From Akkermansia sp. (lineage in GTDB: Bacteria; Verrucomicrobiota; Verrucomicrobiia; Verrucomicrobiales; Akkermansiaceae): a DNA stretch of 64,000 bases. This document shows, one piece after another, positions 56,720 through 64,000 of the stretch. The stretch lies in the NCBI GenBank assembly GCA_045651585.1, contig JAZRSQ010000093.1, positions 19,624 to 83,623 on the forward strand, in the 5' to 3' direction. Positions within the stretch are counted from its first letter, which is position 1; the number at the start of each line of letters is the position of its first letter. The notes below the pieces were generated by a model, which ran no database searches, had not been told where the DNA came from, and saw nothing but the letters and a program-made list of their open reading frames with translations. A program made the translations under genes and the position numbers.

Positions 56720-57988
56720 TTAGTTTTTCGGCGTTTCCGGAGCCAACTGAGAAGAGTTAGAGCGCTCCACCCTCCAAGAACTCCACACATAACGGCTGAA
56801 AAGCACCTTTATGGAGGCCGTAAGCGGCACTGCCAACAGCGCACCGATCACGCCGCCGAACACCATGCTCCAGAACAGCACCGAGAACATAACCGTCATA
56901 TCGTGCATCTTCACCGAATTGCCGACAACCTTGGGCTGCAGAATCCAGCTATCGAACTGGCTCACACACAGGAATGTGGCAGCCACGCCCACCACCATGG
57001 TCACATCGTGCCAAGTGAACCAGGCAATAAGCATAGCCGGAATACTGGTTGAAATCATGCCGATGTAAGGAATGATACCCAGCAGAGCCGCTGCAGCGGC
57101 AATGGTAATCGCATACGGCAAGCCCATGCACGAGAGCGCAATCCCCAGCAGCACGCCATCTATCAAGCTCACAAGCATCTGCCCGCGCACGAATGCCACG
57201 ATGTTCTCATTGATATCCTGCAGCGTTCCCACCACCTCATCTTTGAAGCGAGAGGCCCGCAGTGGCAGAACATCCGCCCAGTTATTTTTAATAGCCTCGC
57301 TCTCAATCAGGAAATAGAACAGGAAAACCGGCACCATCACCACACCGATCAGGAAAGCCGATGCGCCGTAAATAGCACGTGTGCCCGCCGTAAGCCAAGC
57401 CAGCCCCTTCTCTACCAGATAATCGGAATTGTAATCAATGATAGCCAGAACCTTGCGCTCATACTGGCGCACATCCACCTCGGCATCTGCCTGTTGTTCC
57501 GTTGGCTTTACCTCCGGCTTTGCAGACTTCGCATCGGCCTCCGACAACGTGCGCTGGTAGAGGGAATCCACCGCACTGCGAACCGCCTTGTTATCCCGCA
57601 GCAAATCACGACCGGCAGAAATGGAACTCTCCAGAATCTGCTGGCGGTTATTCACAAGTTCACCGGTCTGGCGCACCAACGGCGGCACCACCGTCATAGC
57701 CAGTCCACCCATCGCCAGCGCCGTAACGAACAGCACAATCAGCACAGCAGGAATACGCCGCTTAACCAAGCGCTGTACCCAACTCACGCAGGGACTGAGC
57801 AAATATGCCATAATACCCGATATCACCACCGGCAACAACACCGGTTCAAGCGTGACAAATAACCAGCCCAAACCATATACCAACCCAAACAGCAGCGACA
57901 CGATGAATACCAGACACAAACCACTCAGCGCCAGCCAACACACACTGCGCTGAAAATGCGACGGCACTTCCTTTTCTTTATCAGACAT
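56720..57988 (-). CDS. AI-2E family transporter
   Basis: AYLL.P.V, F.RGQ.LV, IPYIG, Q.DS..LQP.VVG, G..GALLAVPL. Confidence 0.9.
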   Translation of the reverse strand: MSDKEKEVPSHFQRSVCWLALSGLCLVFIVSLLFGLVYGLGWLFVTLEPVLLPVVISGIMAYLLSPCVSWVQRLVKRRIPAVLIVLFVTALAMGGLAMTVVPPLVRQTGELVNNRQQILESSISAGRDLLRDNKAVRSAVDSLYQRTLSEADAKSAKPEVKPTEQQADAEVDVRQYERKVLAIIDYNSDYLVEKGLAWLTAGTRAIYGASAFLIGVVMVPVFLFYFLIESEAIKNNWADVLPLRASRFKDEVVGTLQDINENIVAFVRGQMLVSLIDGVLLGIALSCMGLPYAITIAAAAALLGIIPYIGMISTSIPAMLIAWFTWHDVTMVVGVAATFLCVSQFDSWILQPKVVGNSVKMHDMTVMFSVLFWSMVFGGVIGALLAVPLTASIKVLFSRYVWSSWRVERSNSSQLAPETPKN

Positions 57989-58135
57989 GCTAACATTATA
58001 GACAACCTCCCCCGGAACTCAAGTAAATTCAACACAAACACCACAACATGAACCCGATTTTTCTGTCACCTTCGCCATATTATGCTTGCATACCCCCTGC
58101 CCCAAGTGTATAATCCACCCGCAATCATTACATAC

Positions 58136-58208
58136 GGGGCATTAGCTCAGTTGGTAGAGCGGTTGCATCGCACGCAACAGGTCAGGGGTTCGAATCCCCT
58201 ATGCTCCA
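58136..58208 (+). tRNA. tRNA-Ala (anticodon CGC)
   Basis: GGGGCAT/ATGCTCC acceptor with G3-U70, D arm GCTCAGTTGGTAGAGC, anticodon arm GTTGC-ATCGCAC-GCAAC, T arm AGGGG-TTCGAAT-CCCCT; CCA not encoded; TATAAT at 58109. Confidence 0.97.
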
Positions 58209-58422
58209 TTCTTATAACCTCCTAAATCTAAATGGTTTAGGAGGTTCTTAATTTTAGCTGCGCTTGCCGAATTCGGGGTTGGGTCGCAAATGATCGCAAA
58301 ACTTGCGTTTCTGCTCCTTCTATTCGGTATCTGGGTGTGATTGCGCTTATTGCGTAATCGCAAATATCATTAGACAGTGCCTTACTGTATGATAAAGGCA
58401 AATCTAACGCAACAGATACGCA

Positions 58423-59784
58423 ATGATTCAAGATATATCAATGGCAGCCTCCGCAGAGGCAAGTGGTCGTGCTAGCGCACGTCGCAACAGTAAGTCTACC
58501 GACTCCGCAAAGATTCGTCTTTTGGATGGTGCGGTGAAGATAAACGATAAACTCTATTCCCTTCATTCCGGGGTGCAAATCTGGAAGCGTCGCGGTGTCG
58601 ATAAGCTGATTGTACGCGTCTTCCTTGCCAATGGTACCACGCAGACCAAATCCTACCCTATTACTCCCGACGGCGTTAAACAGGCTAATGAGCAGGCTAT
58701 GTTAAACGCTAAGGAGATCACATCCTACGGCGCAGAATTCGGTGCCCTGTCCGTCATGGAGCGCCAGGCTATCGAGTTCTACCGGCAGTATGAAAAGGAA
58801 TGCATTGGGATGGGAATCCAGCCTTGCGGAGTGCTGAATGTGCTGTTGAAAGGTATCGAGTGGGCTAAGGCTGCCACGTGCGGCGCTCCGCTTTTCCCCA
58901 AGGTGATGGAAGAGTACCTGAAGTATGTAGAATCACACTCCGGGGAGAAACACATTATCCGGCAGCGCGGGCTCGCCAAGCACATGTGCGCATACTGGAA
59001 GAAGAAACGCATAAACGATTTCCAGGAATCGGATGTTAAGGCCTATCTGAAGACTATTAAGGGGCGTAAGGGCGCCAAGCCGGCCTCGTGGACGCTGGCT
59101 GCAAACTTCAACCTGATACGTGCCCTGTTCGCGTATGCAGCAAGGCATCGCATTATCAAGTCCGATATGAACCCCACATTGGCGATGGATTGCATTGATA
59201 CCGGCACCACGGCAGAACCGGAGGTGATGACCTGCGAGGAGGTGAAGCGCATGCTGGTGTGGTGCGCGCAATCTGAATCGTGGCAGAATATGCTGCCGGT
59301 GCTCGTACTCGGTGTGTTCTGCGGTGTGCGTAATGCCGAGCGTTGTCGCATGCGCTGGTCTGATTTCCGCCCCGGTGGTCGCGATGAGATTTACCTGAGC
59401 CGCGTGATTACCAAGACCAACAACGCCCGAGTCATTCCTATCTCGCCGGCGATGTCTGCCTGGCTGGATTACTTTGCCGAGCTAGGCTTTCCTATCGGCT
59501 CCGATGAGTTCATTGTAAAGACCGATGTAGACACCGAGAAATGCCGTGAGGATCGTCAGGGCGCCTTTATACGCTCGGCACGCAAGGCCGGCATCACAAT
59601 CCCCAAGAATGGTCTGCGTCACACCGCTGCCAGTAATTTGAGCGTGACCCTGGGTAAGAGCGCCGCAGCCGATATTCTGGGGCATAGCGAGCGCATGCTC
59701 ATCCGGCACTATCGCCGGGCAATGACAGCGGCAGATGCCGAGGAGCTGCTCAGCATCACGCCGCAATCATTAGGCCTTTGCTGA
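58423..59784 (+). CDS. Tyrosine recombinase/integrase
   Basis: CGVRNAE (R), NGLRHT, LGHS, RHY (Y). Confidence 0.93.
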   Translation: MIQDISMAASAEASGRASARRNSKSTDSAKIRLLDGAVKINDKLYSLHSGVQIWKRRGVDKLIVRVFLANGTTQTKSYPITPDGVKQANEQAMLNAKEITSYGAEFGALSVMERQAIEFYRQYEKECIGMGIQPCGVLNVLLKGIEWAKAATCGAPLFPKVMEEYLKYVESHSGEKHIIRQRGLAKHMCAYWKKKRINDFQESDVKAYLKTIKGRKGAKPASWTLAANFNLIRALFAYAARHRIIKSDMNPTLAMDCIDTGTTAEPEVMTCEEVKRMLVWCAQSESWQNMLPVLVLGVFCGVRNAERCRMRWSDFRPGGRDEIYLSRVITKTNNARVIPISPAMSAWLDYFAELGFPIGSDEFIVKTDVDTEKCREDRQGAFIRSARKAGITIPKNGLRHTAASNLSVTLGKSAAADILGHSERMLIRHYRRAMTAADAEELLSITPQSLGLC

Positions 59785-59840
59785 GTTCAATCGAAAATCC
59801 CCAGCTTGTTCATCAAGCTGGGGATTTTTACATATCGTGT
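59755..59840 (+). repeat. Direct repeat copy 1 (integrase 3' end plus terminator)
   Basis: ATCACGCCGCAATCATTAGG...TGCTGAG...AAAATCCCCAGC..GCTGGGGATTTTTACAT.TCGTGT. Confidence 0.9.
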
Positions 59841-59904
59841 ATTCTATTCCCGAGGGCAACGGTATCTCTACGAATGAATACACCTCTTTTCATGGTACTC
59901 AGTA

Positions 59905-61245
59905 CTATATGAAATTGCCGTAGGCATATCCGCACAGGGTTGATAAAACGATAACCAAAGATACATATACAGCAGTCTTGCGCCACCCCATAACACCACT
60001 TACAACTAGCATATTAGGCAACGAAAGTGATGGCCCGGCCAGCAGCAGAGCAAGAGCGGGACCTTTCCCCATGCCTGAGCCCATGAGCCCTTGTACAATG
60101 GGAATCTCTGTGAGAGAAGAGAAGTACATGAATGCTCCTGCGAACGATGCAACGAAAGTCGACAATAAGCTGTTGCCGCCTACGGACTGCTGAACCCATT
60201 CGGCTGGAATAATGCCGGGAATAGATGTAGATTCGTGAGTGGAACCAAGCAGGAAACCTGTCACAACGATGCCAACGGCCATGAGGGGTACTGTTTGCTT
60301 AGTAAATTCCCAGCTGGAAAAAGCCCATTGGCGGTTAATAGAACGCTTATCTTTGAGCAAGATAAAGGAAAGGGAAGCTATGGCTACCAGCATCGGGATG
60401 AAGGGAACGAAGAACGCATCTTTCACAAATATTACCGAAAGCGCGGTGGCAACAAGTGTGGCAGCTACACCGATTAGAACCTTGCCGATTGAAATATGCA
60501 GGGACTCTATCATTGACCAGCAGATGGCAAAGGCAGCGAAGGCAACCAGATACCAACGGAAGTCAAAGATGAGGATGGAAAATGCAGAGCTCTCCGCCTG
60601 CGGGGGAGCCCAGTTGGCAAAGAGTAGCACCGCTACCAAAGCAAAGAACAGAATCATGGTGCGTGGTACGCTCAGGCTGTCATTCTCAATCTGTCGGGAC
60701 AAGATGAGCGAATCCTGCTGTTGTTGCTCCTCCTTGCGGTAAATCCAGGCCATGACACCACCAACAATAATAGAGAAGATGATGGCACAAGTAGTACGAG
60801 CAATGCCCATTTCAACCCCCAAAATCCTTGTTGTGAGGATAATGGCAATCATGCTGATAGCCGGGCCGGAATACAGGAAAGCGATAGCCGGACCAAGTCC
60901 TGCACCTCGATTTCGTATGCTGGTGAACAGCGGTAGCACAGTACAGGAGCATACCGACAGAATAGCTCCTGAGATGGCTGCCACACTATAGGAAATCCAT
61001 TTAGACGCTCCGGCGCCCAGGTAACGCATGATGGCACCTTTGCTGAAGAATACGGCAATGACACCGGCAATGAAGAAGGCCGGCAGCAGACACAAAACGG
61101 TATGTTCCCGTGCATACCATTTTGTAATATCGAGGGTAGCTTGTATGGCGGATTGGAAGGCTGCGTTATCAATCGGCATGAAGAACAAAGCCGTGAATAC
61201 GATGACCATCCAAAGCAGTTTGGTGAGTTCAGATGATGATTTCAT
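59905..61245 (-). CDS. arsP: ArsP-like (DUF318) permease
   Basis: EH..LCLLPAFFIAG, VCSCTVLPLF, FLYSGPAI, YFSSLTEIPI, GPSLSLP. Confidence 0.82.
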   Translation of the reverse strand: MKSSSELTKLLWMVIVFTALFFMPIDNAAFQSAIQATLDITKWYAREHTVLCLLPAFFIAGVIAVFFSKGAIMRYLGAGASKWISYSVAAISGAILSVCSCTVLPLFTSIRNRGAGLGPAIAFLYSGPAISMIAIILTTRILGVEMGIARTTCAIIFSIIVGGVMAWIYRKEEQQQQDSLILSRQIENDSLSVPRTMILFFALVAVLLFANWAPPQAESSAFSILIFDFRWYLVAFAAFAICWSMIESLHISIGKVLIGVAATLVATALSVIFVKDAFFVPFIPMLVAIASLSFILLKDKRSINRQWAFSSWEFTKQTVPLMAVGIVVTGFLLGSTHESTSIPGIIPAEWVQQSVGGNSLLSTFVASFAGAFMYFSSLTEIPIVQGLMGSGMGKGPALALLLAGPSLSLPNMLVVSGVMGWRKTAVYVSLVIVLSTLCGYAYGNFI

Positions 61246-61247
61246 AA

Positions 61248-61916
61248 TCAGATAATGAGTTCAGTGATAGTGAGGTAAGACCCAAGCAGAAAGAGGAGGA
61301 TGCCGGCGATGTTCCGGCTCCAATTCTGCACAGTCGGGAGGCATTTCATAGCCGTGGCAGCACGTGCAGTACTACAGACTATGAGCATGGCAAAGAATAC
61401 AACCGGCAAGGCTGTTCCTAGTCCGAACATGCTGATTCCCAGCCATGCCCAGCTCCCGCTTTCGGTGGAAAGTGGTAAAGCTGTACCAAAGAAGATAGCT
61501 GCACTTGGTGGACATAGTGCCATGGCAAACAGTGCACCAAGCAGAAAACTGCCCGGCAAGCTGCTGCCCAGTTTCTGTATTGTTTCACCTGTAGGTTTAC
61601 GCCCGATGGATGGGAGGTTAATGCATTCCAGCACTACTAGCCCGCAAATAATCAACACCGGCCCCATATACAGCGGTAGCGCTTCTTGCAGCCACAGCGA
61701 TAGACCCGGCGCACTAGCCAGCCCAAGTCCTATGAGAGCTCCCAGGATTATGTAGGATAATATTCGCCCCAGAGTGTAGCAAATACTCGCCGCCGCTGCC
61801 CTCCTGTGCGAATCCATATTGCGGCAGATGAAACTGATTGCAGCTACATTACTCGCAAGAGGACAAGGCGAAATCGCGGTCATGATTCCGGCCAAAATGA
61901 GATAAAGAAAAACCAT
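61248..61916 (-). CDS. ArsG-like (DsbD/CcdA-type) membrane protein
   Basis: SPCPLASNVAAIS, YTLGR, LCPPSAAIFFG, FGLGTALPV. Confidence 0.8.
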   Translation of the reverse strand: MVFLYLILAGIMTAISPCPLASNVAAISFICRNMDSHRRAAAASICYTLGRILSYIILGALIGLGLASAPGLSLWLQEALPLYMGPVLIICGLVVLECINLPSIGRKPTGETIQKLGSSLPGSFLLGALFAMALCPPSAAIFFGTALPLSTESGSWAWLGISMFGLGTALPVVFFAMLIVCSTARAATAMKCLPTVQNWSRNIAGILLFLLGSYLTITELII

Positions 61917-61922
61917 GGGGCA

Positions 61923-62747
61923 TCAAGGTTGTGCGATTTGTTCTGCCACATATTGCTTGTAGGCGGCTTCATCGCGGCTCAGTTCCCAGATTCTATCGAG
62001 ATTACGCCAGGACTTTTCCTCACCGTTATCTACGTGTCGGAGAATGAGCGTTTTGGTAGTCAGACCGTAGTGGGCTACAGTAGCTTCGTCGGCATCTTGT
62101 ACGCGGAAAGGAATCTGCTGCTGTTCAGCAACAGCGCGTGCCCATTGCTCCATGCGCTCGCAGGTCGGGCAGCGCTTCCCAAAAGTGAAGTATACAAGCT
62201 CCGTTGTACTACCTGCCTGCGGTGCCATAGTTGCGGGAGCGGCTTCATGCGGCTGCGGCGCTTGCAGCTGGCGCAGCCCGGCAATGGCCATCAAACCGAG
62301 TCCCCCCAGTAGCAAGGCTGTTTTCAAACCGCTTCGCATACAGCAGGAATCTCCGGCTCCACAACTGCACGTTTGCTCGGGCTCAGGGGGGACTGAGCAT
62401 GAGCTTCCACAACAGCAAGATTGCTCTGAAGGCTCAGCCTTGTCTGGTTCAGTAGGTTTTTCCGGGGTATGATTGTTGCAACAGCAGATATTTCCCTTCG
62501 TCGTGGCTTCGCTGAGAAGGTTGCGTATTTGCTCCACGCTCATCACTTTGCCACTTGTCAGCAGTTTGCCGTCTAAAGCCAATGCCGGGGTCTGAAATAC
62601 GCCGGCTTCTGCTATTTGTAAAGGATCGCTGATTTTGGTGATTTCGTAATTTCCCGACATGCTTTGTACTGCTTGCCTGGTGTTATCTGCCAGAGTGTTG
62701 CAATTGCTGCACCCGGGGCCATATATGGTAATGGTGTGTTCTTTCAT
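61923..62747 (-). CDS. Fusion of a small redox-active thioredoxin, Cys-rich linker, TM and ArsF-like thioredoxin domain
   Basis: GPGCSNC...TPALALDG; CCC/CCC/CSC/CC linker; YFTFGKRCPTC. Confidence 0.75.
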   Translation of the reverse strand: MKEHTITIYGPGCSNCNTLADNTRQAVQSMSGNYEITKISDPLQIAEAGVFQTPALALDGKLLTSGKVMSVEQIRNLLSEATTKGNICCCNNHTPEKPTEPDKAEPSEQSCCCGSSCSVPPEPEQTCSCGAGDSCCMRSGLKTALLLGGLGLMAIAGLRQLQAPQPHEAAPATMAPQAGSTTELVYFTFGKRCPTCERMEQWARAVAEQQQIPFRVQDADEATVAHYGLTTKTLILRHVDNGEEKSWRNLDRIWELSRDEAAYKQYVAEQIAQP

Positions 62748-62816
62748 ATTTTTATTTTACGTTTGGACGAATCTCAAAGCGCTAGCGTTGTTAATTCCCT
62801 GAAAATAGATATCTAG

Positions 62817-63107
62817 TCACTTACAAAGACAAGCGACTACAGTTCGGAGACAGGGTTTAGCCAGTGTGTAGTAGATATTTTTCCCTCTCTGCTCAGATGA
62901 TACGACACCTGCGTTCTTCAGTATGTTCAAATGGCTGGATATAGTGGACATATCTCGCTGAGTACCCTTATGGAGCTCACAGACGCATCGCTCTCCATCC
63001 AGCAACATGCGCACAATATGGAGGCGTACAGGATGCCCAAGTGCCTTAAATACAGCAGCGGCAGCGTCTAAAGCAAGATTTTCCGTTTGATTGCAATCAC
63101 ATTTCAT
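62817..63107 (-). CDS. arsR: ArsR/SmtB repressor
   Basis: FKALGHP.RL.I, ERCVCEL, S.HL..LKNAG, RGKNIYY. Confidence 0.9.
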   Translation of the reverse strand: MKCDCNQTENLALDAAAAVFKALGHPVRLHIVRMLLDGERCVCELHKGTQRDMSTISSHLNILKNAGVVSSEQRGKNIYYTLAKPCLRTVVACLCK

Positions 63108-63535
63108 CGTACATCAGAATTAAAAGAGTTTATCAACTGCCCCACAGCAGCACGAATCTCATCACGCACGCGACGATACACCTCCAACGCCTCGTGTTCA
63201 GGCAAGTTTTTTGCCTCGCGAGGAGGATCAGCAAAAGGGATATGGAGCACTTTCTTTGCCGGAAGATACGGACAACTCTGTGCCGCATGGTCACACACAG
63301 TCACAACAACATCCCAATCAACATCGCAGGGTAGTTCCTCAATCGTCTTTGAATAATGCCCTGTCATATCTACCCCGACTTCTTCCATTACTTTCAACAT
63401 GACCGGGTTGAGTCCATGCTTCTCCAAACCGGCAGAATACACCTGCCAGCCACCTGAGCAAATGGCGCGTGCCCATGCTTCCGCCATTTGGCTGCGGCAG
63501 GAATTACCGGTACATAGAAAGAGAATGGAACTCAT
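63104..63535 (-). CDS. arsC: Arsenate reductase (LMW-PTP fold, thioredoxin-coupled)
   Basis: ILFLCTGNSCRSQMAE, VTVC....CP, FADP, RVRDEI. Confidence 0.93.
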   Translation of the reverse strand: MSSILFLCTGNSCRSQMAEAWARAICSGGWQVYSAGLEKHGLNPVMLKVMEEVGVDMTGHYSKTIEELPCDVDWDVVVTVCDHAAQSCPYLPAKKVLHIPFADPPREAKNLPEHEALEVYRRVRDEIRAAVGQLINSFNSDVR

Positions 63536-63603
63536 GACAAGGGTAATTATATTGACATTTGGATATTTGTCAATATGTTTTTGCCTGGATGATTTTTTGA
63601 AAT

Positions 63604-63687
63604 ATCACGCCGCAATCATTAGGTCTCTGCTGAGACCACGAAAATCCCCAGCATGTTCGTCAAGCTGGGGATTTTTACATGTCGTGT
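63604..63687 (+). repeat. Direct repeat copy 2 (orphan integrase 3' end plus terminator)
   Basis: Encodes ITPQSLGLC* with synonymous changes relative to copy 1, followed by the same hairpin. Confidence 0.9.
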
Positions 63688-63721
63688 CAATGGGCTTATT
63701 CTGCTCCCGGGGATATCGTTG

Positions 63722-64000
63722 TCAGGCAACAGGAGCAGTAAAAGGTTCTTCGATGCCAAGGTCGATTATAAAACTTAAGGGTGCCAATTTACGCCCCGTA
63801 TTCGCGGATCTGAGCTTTCTCGTCAGAGCAATGGACTTATTGATGTACTCAGAATAAAGGTCCTTGCCCTTTTCGGTGAGGCTGATGTACTTCACTTTGC
63901 GAGAGATGACCTGTTCATGGACGTAGCCCTCCTCGATGAGATCTGTCACGTTATGCGAGACTGTTGAAAGATCTCTGTGAATGAGATCGTATACATTGAA
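63722..64000 (-). CDS. Winged-HTH protein, 5' end outside the window
   Basis: YDLIHRDLSTVSHNVTDLIEEGYV...YISLTEKG. Confidence 0.65.
   Translation of the reverse strand, partial: FNVYDLIHRDLSTVSHNVTDLIEEGYVHEQVISRKVKYISLTEKGKDLYSEYINKSIALTRKLRSANTGRKLAPLSFIIDLGIEEPFTAPVA

Larger units (their letters stand above)
58209..64000. mobile_element. Integrative element/genomic island adjacent to tRNA-Ala (right end outside the window)
   Basis: Tyrosine integrase just 3' of a tRNA, resistance cargo, direct repeats, shift in codon style. Confidence 0.8.

Noticed and set aside
58216-58246. Hairpin after tRNA-Ala as a novel RNA
   Set aside because: Adequately explained as a terminator or att-adjacent inverted repeat

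Overview
64 kb of bacterial chromosome, mostly GC-rich with AT-rich patches (judged by eye). Gene content points to Verrucomicrobiota, probably Akkermansiaceae (inference). Housekeeping genes: rpmJ type B, metX, ispH, mazG, menD-like, nrdAB, a MarR-RND efflux operon, rpsP, aroB, two tandem M29 aminopeptidases, polA, ispF, a CinA-C/PncC-like gene and tRNA-Ala(CGC). The standout is a ~1.06-kb minus-strand leader (39490->38433) in front of a DUF2828/vWA (Ro60-like) gene. It is built from five cassettes, each bounded by a constant 14-nt 5' motif and a covarying 34-nt 3' hairpin. Three cassettes carry circularly permuted tRNA mimics (T arm -> loop-closed acceptor stem -> D arm, the YrlA/Y-RNA topology), and a 21-codon sORF is duplicated between cassettes. 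Other accessory regions: (1) a radical SAM/SPASM enzyme beside a small motif-bearing lipoprotein; (2) an AT-rich defence islet with a structured RNA, an AbiF-like HEPN gene, an SF1 helicase-DUF559 nuclease and a divergent PIN-like gene; (3) two four-helix-bundle (IVP) genes, each enclosed by inverted heptamer arrays; (4) a tRNA-Ala-associated integrase element carrying an arsC-arsR-trx/arsF-arsG-arsP operon, bracketed by ~85-bp direct repeats derived from the integrase 3' end. All family assignments come from motif recognition by eye; no database search was run.
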